Assembly (NCBI GenBank): GCA_020346605.1
Contig: CP070784.1
Coordinates: 1,440,702-1,504,701 of the forward strand
Source: Candidatus Bathyarchaeota archaeon
GTDB taxonomy: Archaea > Thermoproteota > Bathyarchaeia > TCS64
Length of the DNA stretch: 64,000 bases
Direction of reading: 5' to 3'
Shown in pieces: positions 1 to 9,460 of this stretch. Position numbers and translations under genes: made by a program. The notes beneath the pieces are model-generated. The model saw only the letters and a list, made by a program, of their open reading frames with translations, did no database searches and was not told where the DNA came from. Each line of letters opens with the position of its first letter. The stretch's first letter is position 1.

Positions 1-384
1 TTCACGACTAGATGCGAATCGGCAGAGCTGATCGCATTCGACGTCCACGAGGGATGCTTCAAGGTCTCAGCGGTAGCAGAAGGTGTCCTCTACTCCTACT
101 CGGAGAAGATACCGGACATGGAGATCCTCTACAGGAGGACAGGAGAGAAGGTAAGCATAGACAGCATCGACATAAGCCAGGCGGAGCTTGTCCCCACGGC
201 GCTGAAGGGCATCCTTGAGTGCGGCCTTAAGCTCGACAAGAAGGAGCTTGAGCATGAACTGCCCGACGGTGAGTCCGTCCACAAGGTCATCTACAACGTA
301 GACCCTGGGGTGGCTAAAAGCTGGCTCGCCTACCAATTGGCGGTTGACGACGAATCAGTTCTGCAAGGCGAACTACAGATATAG
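1..384 (+). CDS. hypothetical protein, 3' part (start lies upstream of the window)
   Basis: Frame +1 is open from base 1 to TAG at 382-384. The listed ORF 118..384 is only an internal Met of it. Codon usage is GC-rich like the neighbours. No motif recognised. Confidence 0.45.
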   Translation, partial: FTTRCESAELIAFDVHEGCFKVSAVAEGVLYSYSEKIPDMEILYRRTGEKVSIDSIDISQAELVPTALKGILECGLKLDKKELEHELPDGESVHKVIYNVDPGVAKSWLAYQLAVDDESVLQGELQI

Positions 385-642
385 GAATCACTTGATTCGG
401 AACATTATAATACTAAATATATTTTAACACTTTCATCTGGTCTCTTAATGTTCTCTACACATGATCGACAAAAAGTTGTATAACTTATGTGAATAATTTG
501 TTCGTCTCATTGCTTTAGGTAATGTCGCAAGCAAGTGAGATAAATATATATATTTAATACAAATTTAAGATACTTTAGAGGTAACTTGGCTCAGTTACAT
601 ATTTGAGTCGTAATAATCTCTGATGAAAAGAAGGGGGGAAGT

Positions 643-1536
643 ATGAGTATCTCACATGTATTGAATTCGTCGCTCATTTTGTTGAAATCCAGAGTTAGTA
701 GAATCTTTGGATGGTGTTGGGTGACCATAGTTACATGCCTAATTGTCAGCAGGGGGACACCACCTTTAGTTCCATTCCTATTGTCATTGGCATCAACAAT
801 CTTCATGTCGGCCTCAGTCTACCTCTATAACGATATTATAGACTCAGAGTATGACGTATACAACTCTTTAAAAAAGGACAGACCACTTGCCATAGGACAA
901 GTGTCAATAGAACATGCAAAAATCGTTGTGTATACCCTCGGTCTCCTGGGAATGGTTACAAGCTACTTGATGAACCTCTACAGCTTCGCGTTCAACTTTA
1001 TTTACTTCCTATTGTTCACTCTCTATTCCTACCCAAGAGTAAACTTGAAGAAAATAATGGTAGTGAAGGAGGGCATCATATCCTTGGGGGTCATTTTCCT
1101 GACCCTGAGCAGCAGCTACGCAATAATCAACAGCTTCTCCATGAACGCGTTCGTGGCCGGCGTCATAGCTTCCATCTACCTGTTCGCCGCTCAGCCAGCG
1201 ATCGGCGACACCACCGACCTGGAGGCCGACAAGATGCAGGGCGTCAAGACGCTGGCCTCTGTGATGAGTTGGAGGAGAAAGATGCAGCTGCTGGTTACGG
1301 GTGTGCTGCTTGTGATGACGTTAACGCCGCTGACATATTTCTACATGGATTTCAACATGCTGCTTCCGATACTGATGACCCTGGCAAGTCTCTTCGTTCT
1401 CAGAAACATGATACCCATCATGAACAGATTTGAGGCGGCCACATTCGATAGGACGTATAAAATAGCCTTCGCGTTCTACATGCTGATCCAGCTGTTCTTC
1501 GTCATTGGCTCACTTCAGTTTAATTTTTTCCTTTAG
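643..1536 (+). CDS. UbiA-family prenyltransferase (polytopic membrane protein)
   Basis: Two Asp-rich UbiA motifs, YNDIIDSEYD and DTTDLEADKMQG. Multiple hydrophobic helices. AAGGGGGGAA Shine-Dalgarno just upstream of the ATG. The 5' half is clearly lower in GC than the window average. Confidence 0.85.
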   Translation: MSISHVLNSSLILLKSRVSRIFGWCWVTIVTCLIVSRGTPPLVPFLLSLASTIFMSASVYLYNDIIDSEYDVYNSLKKDRPLAIGQVSIEHAKIVVYTLGLLGMVTSYLMNLYSFAFNFIYFLLFTLYSYPRVNLKKIMVVKEGIISLGVIFLTLSSSYAIINSFSMNAFVAGVIASIYLFAAQPAIGDTTDLEADKMQGVKTLASVMSWRRKMQLLVTGVLLVMTLTPLTYFYMDFNMLLPILMTLASLFVLRNMIPIMNRFEAATFDRTYKIAFAFYMLIQLFFVIGSLQFNFFL

Positions 1537-2412
1537 ATCCACACCGATCTCCCAGACCGAATCAAAGATCGTCGTTAATTTCTTCGCTACACTTTCATTC
1601 TCTATGTAGAATCCAAATTGGTAATTATCCGTCATGGGGTCCTTAATCTCGAGCACGCTCATTTTATTGTCGACCACAAAGAAAGTATACGGTATCGACG
1701 CCATTCTCACCTTGAAATCCGGCGACTTGAGAAAGTCGGTGAAAAAGCTGATCTGTTTAGGGTTCGTTAATAACGAGAAGATGATTTTGATCGCTTGAGA
1801 CAACTGCTCCGCCTGAGCGGCTATGGCCCTTATGTGCACGCCCCTGTTCAGCGCCTTCAATCCCTTGTCTATGACCCTCTGGTCTATGTACTGCGTCGCC
1901 ATCAGTATCTCTTCCTGAGCGCTGTCGATCATCTTCCCCGTCTCTGATACCAGCTCGTTAAATGTGAAGAAAATGCGGGTCTCCTTTGATTGAGAAGCCA
2001 CATCAAAGGAAAATACCTGCATCAGCTCGTTCCTTTCCTTATCAGATATATTTGCCCTGTTCAGCTGGTTCATGAGAGCGAGCTTGTCTTTGTTCAGTAG
2101 GAGATCTTCCATGGAGAGACCTAGGTCGCACAGTATCTTTCCCAGCGCCGTGTGCTTGTACTCCCCCTCGACCTTCTCAATGAGGTTGGTGTCCAGCAGA
2201 TCCTTGAGGCGGGAGTAGAACCTCTTCTGGGTGAGACCCAGGGAGGTTATGGCCTCCTTTGAGCTGCTTATCCCATCCTTTGCGTAGATGAAAATGGCGA
2301 GGGCGTCTTCGTTTCCGAGGGCGTTCAATATCTTAACTAGGTCGGTGAAAGCCTTCATCGAGACATCTAATGGGAAATCTGCTAACTGCTCCGCATCCTG
2401 GATAGATGTCAT
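1510..2412 (-). CDS. winged-helix transcriptional regulator (ArsR/TrmB-like N-terminus) with a long C-terminal domain
   Basis: The N-terminal stretch ALAIFIYAKDGISSSKEAITSLGLTQKRFYSRLKDLLDTNLIEKVEGEYKHTALG reads as a wHTH. ATG at 2412. The 3' end overlaps the UbiA gene convergently by 27 nt. Confidence 0.6.
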   Translation of the reverse strand: MTSIQDAEQLADFPLDVSMKAFTDLVKILNALGNEDALAIFIYAKDGISSSKEAITSLGLTQKRFYSRLKDLLDTNLIEKVEGEYKHTALGKILCDLGLSMEDLLLNKDKLALMNQLNRANISDKERNELMQVFSFDVASQSKETRIFFTFNELVSETGKMIDSAQEEILMATQYIDQRVIDKGLKALNRGVHIRAIAAQAEQLSQAIKIIFSLLTNPKQISFFTDFLKSPDFKVRMASIPYTFFVVDNKMSVLEIKDPMTDNYQFGFYIENESVAKKLTTIFDSVWEIGVDLKEKIKLK

Positions 2413-2668
2413 TCACGTATCCTCGGAATAGACAGAAAAACATGGATGTCAGATAGAATTTAAGTGAAATGAAGGTATCGCACTGATGATTGATATAGAG
2501 GAATATTTCAGATATGGCTCTCCTTCGTTAACATATCGACACAGAGAGACTGGTTTCGACCACATTAAAATGACTCAATTATTAAATGCTCGTGTGTGCC
2601 GAAGCGCTACAAACACAGTCTTATTCTGGTTAAATTAACACTAATCCCCTAATCTCTGGTGATCTAGA

Positions 2669-3031
2669 ATGGCGAGAGCCAACATACTGGTGGTGGACGA
2701 CGACGAGGCGCAGCTGAAGTTGTTTACTTCGATCTTGGAGAAGAAAGGATTCTACGTCGAGTCCGCGATCACTGGGGAGGAGGCTCAGGAGCTTACCAGC
2801 GGTACCGACTTCGATCTCGCAATCATCGACATCAAACTCCCAGACATGACCGGGGATGAGGTCGTTCGAGAGTTTAGGTCGAAGGGCAAAGAGATGGATG
2901 TCATCCTGATCACAGGCTATCCCTCGCTGCAGGAGTGCATCAACGTGCTCGATCTCGGCATCCAGGAGATACTACTTAAGCCTATAGACGCCGGGGAGCT
3001 GCTCAGGGTGGTGGAAGATTCTCTCTCCTAG
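2669..3031 (+). CDS. stand-alone CheY-like response regulator receiver
   Basis: ILVVDDDE acidic pocket, DLAIIDIKLPDMTG phospho-acceptor Asp region, ILITGY, LLKP. 120 aa with no output domain. Confidence 0.9.
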   Translation: MARANILVVDDDEAQLKLFTSILEKKGFYVESAITGEEAQELTSGTDFDLAIIDIKLPDMTGDEVVREFRSKGKEMDVILITGYPSLQECINVLDLGIQEILLKPIDAGELLRVVEDSLS

Positions 3032-3164
3032 GGTGGCGGTCTGAGCACACGGGTAGTCTTTCAAGTCCCCAATAACGATTCTCGTCGAGCCAACAGGTCC
3101 TCATAAAGGGGAATCTTTTAATTGCAGGGCTAAATCTCTTGTAGGTTGATCGGTGGGGTAGAAC

Positions 3165-3329
3165 ATGTCGCTGAGGGATCCCTTCAAGCTGGAGCTGGCC
3201 CGCAGACACCTGGTCAACAAGACCGTCTGCAGGAGCTGCGGCGTGACCAACCCGCCGAAGGCCACCAAGTGCCGCAAGTGTAGGAGCAAGAATCTGAGGC
3301 CCAAGAAGACTAAGGGCAGAGCCCGATAG
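3165..3329 (+). CDS. rpl40e: 50S ribosomal protein L40e
   Basis: 54-codon ORF below the track cut-off: MSLRDPFKLELARRHLVNKTVCRSCGVTNPPKATKCRKCRSKNLRPKKTKGRAR. It has the CxxC...CxxC zinc ribbon and basic tail of archaeal L40e. The listed ORFs 3003..3377 and 3101..3346 are antisense shadows of it. Confidence 0.85.
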   Translation: MSLRDPFKLELARRHLVNKTVCRSCGVTNPPKATKCRKCRSKNLRPKKTKGRAR

Positions 3330-3392
3330 TCTCGCTGTTCTGTCAAGGACTCCGTTGTCTACTTTTAGAGCGCACACGTTGGCGGTCCATCC

Positions 3393-6293
3393 TCAACGCA
3401 ATACGCTGCCCTTTCTCCAAGTGCTGTACTCTATCGCTATCTGGCGTATCATGCTCCCGGTCTTATGAGCCCACTCCATCTCGCCGGTGGACACGAGCCT
3501 GACGTCGAAGACGTCGTCCACCGACTTCTCTATCAGTAGGTCGTTCTTCGTGTAGAAATGGCCGACCATGGTCGTCGTCGCCCTGTAGATGAACGTGATG
3601 CTCCTCACGACGTTCCCCCCGACGCTCTCATCGACCTTTATCATGGCAGTCATGTAGCTGGGGTGATCTAGGTAGAACCTTAGAACGCTCAGCGCGTAAT
3701 CCATGAAGTCGTCCAGTTCCTCCTCGTGGAGCTTTATTGGTATCTGGATCGTGTAAGGGTCGAAGGTGCTCTTCTCCCGTCGCTCCACCCTCCACCTCCT
3801 GATCAGGGACGGTGTGATCACCACCGACCTCTTCAGTGCGAACACGGCCCCGACTACGACGGCCGTCATCGATATCCCCACGGCCCCAAGGCTCCAAGCC
3901 GCCGAGACCTTCTGACCGACCTCGACAGTTAATTGCAGGAGCGCCATCGTCTTGTACAGCCCCAGGCCTAAGAGGTACCCCATACCGCCCCCGATGACCC
4001 CTATGATGGCTGCCTCTGCGACGAAGATCGCAGATATCTGGGCGGGGTTGAGCCCTATGGCGGAAAGAATGTTGATCTCTCTTCCCCTCTCGAACATGGC
4101 GTTCAGCATCATGGCGCCGACGTTCAGCACGACGATGATGCCCGGGATCAGGACGGGGAGCCCCTTCCCCTGGATGTACGTTCCGAGGCTGGCGACGTAC
4201 AGCCCCTCCGCCGAGGAGGACCACGCCTTGTAGCCCCTCTCCAGGGCAAGCCTCTCCGCGAATTCCCGGGCGTCGGACCTTTCGTCGACGAGGATATCTA
4301 TCCTGGAGACGCCGGTGAGGGGCAGCCCGAGCGCGGTCTCCAAGTCGCAGATGATCGTCTCAGATGGCAGGCAGGCCTCCTGTACAAGTACAGGCGCATC
4401 CCCCTCGAGGTTGACGAATGCCAGCTTGCTCGGCAGGAACTCCGAGCCGTCGATGTCCCTCAACTCCCTGACCTTCTCGTCATCGAAGAAGCCTGCGACC
4501 CTCAGAGTGTGGCTGTAGAACGTTAACTCTTCCCCCAGTCTTATTCCCGGAGTGTCCCTGAGGCTCAAGCTCACCAACATCTCATCGGCGGAAAGTTGGA
4601 TTCCCACGCCCCTTGTGGCGATCTCGTCGATGCTTGTGAATAGCGTCTCCGCTTCGGGGTCTATTCCCAGTATGCCGCGTATGCTCAACTCCTCGTTCTG
4701 GAGAAGGGGCGTTAGGACGGGTATGTTCTCTGCTTTCTGCGCCATTATGACGCTCTCCGGCTGGTTCCTGAGCCATTCCGTCGTGATCTCGTTGGCGATC
4801 ACGAACGTTGGGGCGTCCATCTTCCAGGCCCTGTCCCTTATCATCACGCCGTTGACCGGGGCGATCTGGTTCGCCATCCGTCTGGTCATCAGACCGTAGC
4901 CCTGCGAGAACGACGTCAGCACGACGAAGGCCATCACGAAGAGGACGACGGAGGCCAGGGTCAGTGCGAACCGCAGCCTCCTCCTCTTCAGGCTCCTCCG
5001 TGCGATGGAGAAGATGGGGACGATCATGTTCAGGAAGGAGACCCTCTCCCCGGCCCTCCCGGCCCTCAGCACTCTCGGTACAAACGTTGCCATGGTGATG
5101 GACGTGGCCACGGAGAGGATCGAGGCGGCCACGAAGTATTCAGTGGGGACGTACCTCACGCCTGGATAGGTGAGGTGGAGCAGTGACAGGAACACGGCGG
5201 AGGCCGCAATGCTCCCCCCGGCCTGCCGGACGCTGCCGTCGGAGAGGAAGAAGGAGAGGAAGGTCGAGGAGACGCCGACGAAGAAGACCAGTATGTAGAC
5301 GGAGAGGACGGCGTCCTCGTACATGATGTCCGAGCCCTTGGCCAGGTTGACGAGGGAAAGGAAGGCCGTCTTGAGGGCCCTGAAGCCGTCTATGTATAGC
5401 CCCTCTTGGAGCGAGACCTTGGCGTCATCGATGAGGCCGATCGCCGACGTGAGCGTCTCCTTCTCTACGGTGAGGTAGAAGCCATCGGCCTCCATGTCGT
5501 AGACTCTCCCCTCGACGCGCTCTAGGAGGGCCTCCACGTCACCCAGGTTGTAGGTCAGCGTGTGCTTCCTGACGTCGATCCGCAGCTCCTCGCCCTGGGC
5601 TAGCCCAGCGAGCCCCGGTTCGTCGGCGTCGAAGGAGAGCTGCTTGAACTCTCCTCCCGTCAGCACTGTGGCGTTCACGTTGACGGTGAACGGCGTCTCC
5701 AGTGGAACGATCAAGTGTCTCGGCTCGAGGTCGAGCAACTCGCTCTGGGCGCCGTCTGATGTGCCGTACTCGAGGCGGAGGCCGTTCATAGTCATCACAT
5801 CCCCTGTGGCGGGGTCTATCACCTCGTAGCCGACCCTAACGGGGAGGTCCTCGGTGACCACGAACTGGAGGTCGCCCTCGATAACGACGGAGGCCCCGGG
5901 CTTCAGCCCTATCGTGCCCATATCCCCGCCGTCCTGGGGGAGCTGGACCTCGGCGTGGAAGGGGACGTAATCGGCTCCCAGGGTCGAGGGGTCGTCGGCG
6001 AGGATGTAGATGTGATAGGGTCCGGGGGCTAGTGAGAAGTTGAAGCGTCCTGCCTCGTCGGTGTTGTGCCTCGACGGGTGCATTGGGGTACTCCAGACGT
6101 TGATCGTGGCGCCGGCGATGGGCGTCCCTGTCACTGTTGAGACGACCGTTCCCTCCACCGCCGTCTCGTCCAAGGCCCTCGGAAGGAGGATCGGCGCCAG
6201 GGCTGCGAGGACTATGGTGGCGACTAGAAGGACCTTGGCGAAGCGCCGCCTCGATCGCCGGTAGCTTGGCCTGTTTTCACTTTCAGCGTTCAC
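3393..6293 (-). CDS. large FtsX/MacB-type permease-like membrane protein with an N-terminal carboxypeptidase-regulatory-like domain
   Basis: N-terminal signal anchor followed by VEGTVVSTVTGTPIAGATINVW...DEAGRFNF (CarboxypepD_reg-like). An FtsX-type C-terminal helix bundle follows (ILSAIGLNPAQISAIFVAEAAIIGVIGGGMGYLLGL), then a cytosolic tail of about 150 aa. No ABC ATPase gene is adjacent. Confidence 0.7.
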   Translation of the reverse strand: MNAESENRPSYRRSRRRFAKVLLVATIVLAALAPILLPRALDETAVEGTVVSTVTGTPIAGATINVWSTPMHPSRHNTDEAGRFNFSLAPGPYHIYILADDPSTLGADYVPFHAEVQLPQDGGDMGTIGLKPGASVVIEGDLQFVVTEDLPVRVGYEVIDPATGDVMTMNGLRLEYGTSDGAQSELLDLEPRHLIVPLETPFTVNVNATVLTGGEFKQLSFDADEPGLAGLAQGEELRIDVRKHTLTYNLGDVEALLERVEGRVYDMEADGFYLTVEKETLTSAIGLIDDAKVSLQEGLYIDGFRALKTAFLSLVNLAKGSDIMYEDAVLSVYILVFFVGVSSTFLSFFLSDGSVRQAGGSIAASAVFLSLLHLTYPGVRYVPTEYFVAASILSVATSITMATFVPRVLRAGRAGERVSFLNMIVPIFSIARRSLKRRRLRFALTLASVVLFVMAFVVLTSFSQGYGLMTRRMANQIAPVNGVMIRDRAWKMDAPTFVIANEITTEWLRNQPESVIMAQKAENIPVLTPLLQNEELSIRGILGIDPEAETLFTSIDEIATRGVGIQLSADEMLVSLSLRDTPGIRLGEELTFYSHTLRVAGFFDDEKVRELRDIDGSEFLPSKLAFVNLEGDAPVLVQEACLPSETIICDLETALGLPLTGVSRIDILVDERSDAREFAERLALERGYKAWSSSAEGLYVASLGTYIQGKGLPVLIPGIIVVLNVGAMMLNAMFERGREINILSAIGLNPAQISAIFVAEAAIIGVIGGGMGYLLGLGLYKTMALLQLTVEVGQKVSAAWSLGAVGISMTAVVVGAVFALKRSVVITPSLIRRWRVERREKSTFDPYTIQIPIKLHEEELDDFMDYALSVLRFYLDHPSYMTAMIKVDESVGGNVVRSITFIYRATTTMVGHFYTKNDLLIEKSVDDVFDVRLVSTGEMEWAHKTGSMIRQIAIEYSTWRKGSVLR

Positions 6294-6482
6294 TTGGCCC
6301 TACGCCTTTCCTCTTGAGCTTTGGGATTTTACTCACATATCCACCGGCAACCCACGATAAAAATGATGATGCTCTCGGGACTGTTTTCCGTTTTATACGC
6401 GAATGCTTCGCCTGTTTGACGCTGCGAGTTCATAGGGGGCGGAAAGGATTTTATTGGGACCCTGCCTGTTATGGTCGTAGTG

Positions 6483-6560
6483 GGGCCGGTCGTTCAGCTT
6501 GGTTAGGACACTGCGTTCACACCGCAGAGGTCGCCGGTTCAAGTCCGGCCCGGCCCACCA
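6483..6560 (+). tRNA. tRNA-Val: tRNA-Val (anticodon CAC) with encoded 3' CCA
   Basis: The cloverleaf folds by hand. Acceptor GGGCCGG/CCGGCCC, D stem GTTC/GGAC, anticodon stem CTGCG/CGCAG with loop TTCACAC, T arm GCCGG-TTCAAGT-CCGGC, discriminator A, then CCA at 6558-6560. Confidence 0.9.
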
Positions 6561-6773
6561 TTGTGAGCGTAGCTTGCGATAAGTGTTTCAGGCCTTCATC
6601 GTCGGTGTGACGTGGGTTGGGACCTGTGGTAGGATTTCACTGTTCTGTTGATTGCTGGCTGATTCCTTTTTGATGTTCCGGATTGGGTTCGAGTCTATCC
6701 ATTGGATGGGAGTTGGATCCTTGTTTCATGCGCGCATTGGGAGATGGGTTACGGCTGGTACACCGAAAACGGT

Positions 6774-7469
6774 TTATGTCCCTGGAGTTGCCTCTCTTGA
6801 CCAGCTGTTGTACTTCTCCACTATCATTATCTTGACTTCATCCGGGTAGTCGACGATGAGCTTCATCCGAGTCTCCTCGGATACGTCGCCGTCGACCGTG
6901 AGCTCCTCGCCCGCTTGTCTGATGGCCTGGAAGAAGCCTTCGAGGTATCCTCTGCCACTCTCGTCGTAGATTATTCCGGAGGAGGGTAGGAAGACTTTGA
7001 CTGCGCCGGGGAAGAGCCCTTCGACCTGATTGAAGTTGCTGAGGTCGGGGAACCCGCATACCGAGATCACGATCCTACGCTGGGGCTTTTTCTTCTCGTG
7101 CCTCCCCGGGTGATGGGTCTCCCCCTCCTGGATGTACATCTCGGGCATATTCAGGGGCAGCGTCCTCTCCCGGAGCCGCTGCAGGTGGTGGACAATGTTG
7201 TAATGGTAGATTGGAGTCCCGAAGACTACGGCGTCTGCCTCCACCATCTTCGGCAGTATCCAGTCCATGTCATCCCTGTGTACGCACTGGCCGGGCGTCT
7301 TCCACCAGCAGCTGAAGCAGCCCACGCAGCCCTTCACGTCGAGGTCCACGACGTAGTGCTTCTCCACCTCGGCCCCCGCCGAGGCTGCAGATTCAAGGAA
7401 AGTATTCATCAGTACGTCCGTGACGCTCTGACCCTTACGGGGGCTGGCGTTGAAGGCCAGTATCTTCAT
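6774..7469 (-). CDS. iron-sulfur flavoprotein / NADPH-dependent FMN reductase family
   Basis: Start re-picked at MKILAFNASPRKG (ATG at 7469), a flavodoxin-like FMN-reductase N-terminus. Compact Cys motif CVGCFSCWWKTPGQC (C-x2-C-x2-C-x7-C) as in Isf proteins. Confidence 0.8.
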   Translation of the reverse strand: MKILAFNASPRKGQSVTDVLMNTFLESAASAGAEVEKHYVVDLDVKGCVGCFSCWWKTPGQCVHRDDMDWILPKMVEADAVVFGTPIYHYNIVHHLQRLRERTLPLNMPEMYIQEGETHHPGRHEKKKPQRRIVISVCGFPDLSNFNQVEGLFPGAVKVFLPSSGIIYDESGRGYLEGFFQAIRQAGEELTVDGDVSEETRMKLIVDYPDEVKIMIVEKYNSWSREATPGT

Positions 7470-7647
7470 GATGGTCAAGAAATTTGGCAGCCGTTTAATA
7501 ACGTTTGCATTCCGCTGCGCAATGGTCGTGAGGAGGCTTCCTCGGAATCTACTAGATCTTTTTAGCATCACCCTACGGGCCCAGAGGATAAATGATATCT
7601 CCGATAAGCGCCAAGTGCACTCGGACGTAACAGTGGGAGGAAAGAGG

Positions 7648-9384
7648 ATGGAGGAGATAACGGTCGAGGGTGCCGCCGACGGGTACGTAGAGCTTTTCAA
7701 CAGGTACGGCGTGGACTACGTCTTCAGCTCCCCGGGGACCGAGTTTGTCCCGCTCTGGGAGTACCTGGCAAAGTACAACTCCCAGGGGAAGAAGCCCTTC
7801 TACGTCAATACAAGGCACGAGGCAGTCTCGCTGACGATGGCGAAGGGGTACGCGATGGCAACCGGAAGGCCGCAGGTCGTCCTCACCCACGTCCTCGTTG
7901 GCCTCCTCCACGGGGCGATGGAGCTCAGGGCTTTATACACGGACAACGTCCCCGTCGTACTGTTCGTGGGGCAGGCCTGGACCCACGACCGGGAGGTCCA
8001 CGGTGGCACTCCTGGCTCCCACTACATGTCTTTCACCCAGGTCGGCGGGCAGCCGAGGGTCGTGCAGCCCTACGTGAAGTGGAGCAGCAGCCCCGCGTCC
8101 AACGCGAACATCCTCGACGTCCTGTCAAGGGCCTTCGACGTCGCCTCGTCCGATTTAAGGGGGCCCGTCGTAGTCGCCATCTCCAGGGAGCTCCTCTTCG
8201 AGAAGGTAGCGAGGATGAGGATGCCGGAGAGGAAGCCCCGACCCACCCAGGTACAGGCGGACCCCGTCGCCCTGAAAAGGCTGGCCGGGCTGCTCGCGGA
8301 GGCCGAATCTCCTCTGGTCTACACGAGGTACCTGGGTAGGAACCCTTCCGCAGTCTCGTCGCTGGTCGAGTTTGCCGAGATGCTCGCGCTCCCCGTTTTC
8401 GAGACGCCGGGATACGTGAACTTCCCCACCGATCACCCTCTGCACATGGGCTACAACATAGGGCCCCACAGTGCTAAATCCGACCTGATCCTCGTCATCG
8501 ACAGCAGCAGCTGGCCCCCGTGGTACCCGCCCACGAGCATCAGGGACAGCAGCGATGCGAAGATAGCCTTCATGGACATTGACCCGCTGCAACACAAGTA
8601 CCCGTCTTACACGTACCCCGCCGACATGCTCGTGACGGCCGATTCGAGCCTTGCCTTGCCGGCGTTGATCGACGCACTCGTGCCGCTACTGGAGGAATCC
8701 TCCGGAAGTCTGCGGAAGCGGCGCGACAGATGGGTGGAGGAGCACGTGAGGCTGCGCGACGAGTGGAGGAGGGAGGCCCTTGGTACAAGGGACGACGCTC
8801 CCATCGACCCCAGATGGCTCTGCCGCTGCATAGATGAGGTGCTGGACGAGGAGACCATCACCGTCAACGAGACCATAACCCACGGCAGGATAATCCACAG
8901 GCACGTCGAGGTAAACAGGGTCCGCCCAGGGACCCACTTCGAGGCGACGGGGCCGGTGGCGCACTCAGGCCTGGGGCAGGGGCTCGGGGTCGCCCTTGGT
9001 GTGAAGCTGGCCGAGCCCGGGAAGACCGTCATAGCCCTGGAGGGGGACGGGAGCTTCAACTACAACCCTATCCATGCGAACTTCGCCCTCTCCCAAGAGT
9101 ACGAGCTCCCCTTCCTGACCGTGATCTTCGACAACCTGTCCTACGCCGCTATGAAGCAGCACAGTAGGTTCTACCCGGACGGCTGGTCGGTGAAGGATGA
9201 GAGGTACTACGGTGTGTACATGAAGCCCAAGACCGACTACGTGAAGATCGCCGAGGCGTTCGGCGGGTACGGCGAGGTGGTCGAGGACCCTTCGGAGGTC
9301 AAGTCCTCGCTGCAAAGGGCTCTCGGGCAGGTGGAGGAAGGCAGGCTGGCGCTTATCGACGTGATGGTCAAGCCTCCTCTATAG
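7648..9384 (+). CDS. thiamine-pyrophosphate-dependent enzyme (acetolactate synthase / benzoylformate decarboxylase superfamily)
   Basis: Start re-picked at MEEITVEGAADGYVELFNRYGVDYVFSSPGTE (ATG at 7648, GGGAGG upstream). TPP-binding motif GDGSFNYN near the C-terminus. Three-domain length of 578 aa. Confidence 0.85.
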   Translation: MEEITVEGAADGYVELFNRYGVDYVFSSPGTEFVPLWEYLAKYNSQGKKPFYVNTRHEAVSLTMAKGYAMATGRPQVVLTHVLVGLLHGAMELRALYTDNVPVVLFVGQAWTHDREVHGGTPGSHYMSFTQVGGQPRVVQPYVKWSSSPASNANILDVLSRAFDVASSDLRGPVVVAISRELLFEKVARMRMPERKPRPTQVQADPVALKRLAGLLAEAESPLVYTRYLGRNPSAVSSLVEFAEMLALPVFETPGYVNFPTDHPLHMGYNIGPHSAKSDLILVIDSSSWPPWYPPTSIRDSSDAKIAFMDIDPLQHKYPSYTYPADMLVTADSSLALPALIDALVPLLEESSGSLRKRRDRWVEEHVRLRDEWRREALGTRDDAPIDPRWLCRCIDEVLDEETITVNETITHGRIIHRHVEVNRVRPGTHFEATGPVAHSGLGQGLGVALGVKLAEPGKTVIALEGDGSFNYNPIHANFALSQEYELPFLTVIFDNLSYAAMKQHSRFYPDGWSVKDERYYGVYMKPKTDYVKIAEAFGGYGEVVEDPSEVKSSLQRALGQVEEGRLALIDVMVKPPL

Positions 9385-9460
9385 AGGGTAAGAAGAAAAG
9401 AGGGAACGGCCAGGGCTGGCTCAAAGACATTTTATATTTTCACTGCCTCTGGGCACTGTG

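Noticed and set aside
6361-6420. AAATGATGATG, a C-box-like sequence, upstream of tRNA-Val.
   Set aside because: There is no CUGA D box within 50-70 nt and no terminal pairing. It is likely chance.
6137-6610. A 157-aa ORF spanning the tRNA-Val gene.
   Set aside because: It overlaps both the 5' end of the FtsX-like gene (antisense) and the tRNA. Its composition is low-complexity and it has no motifs.
7450-7700. Long N-terminal extensions of the listed ORFs 7450..9384 and 6774..7700, which would make the two divergent genes overlap by 250 nt.
   Set aside because: Family-typical N-termini begin at the internal ATGs: 7648 for the TPP enzyme and 7469 for the flavoprotein. That leaves a normal 178-bp divergent promoter region between them.
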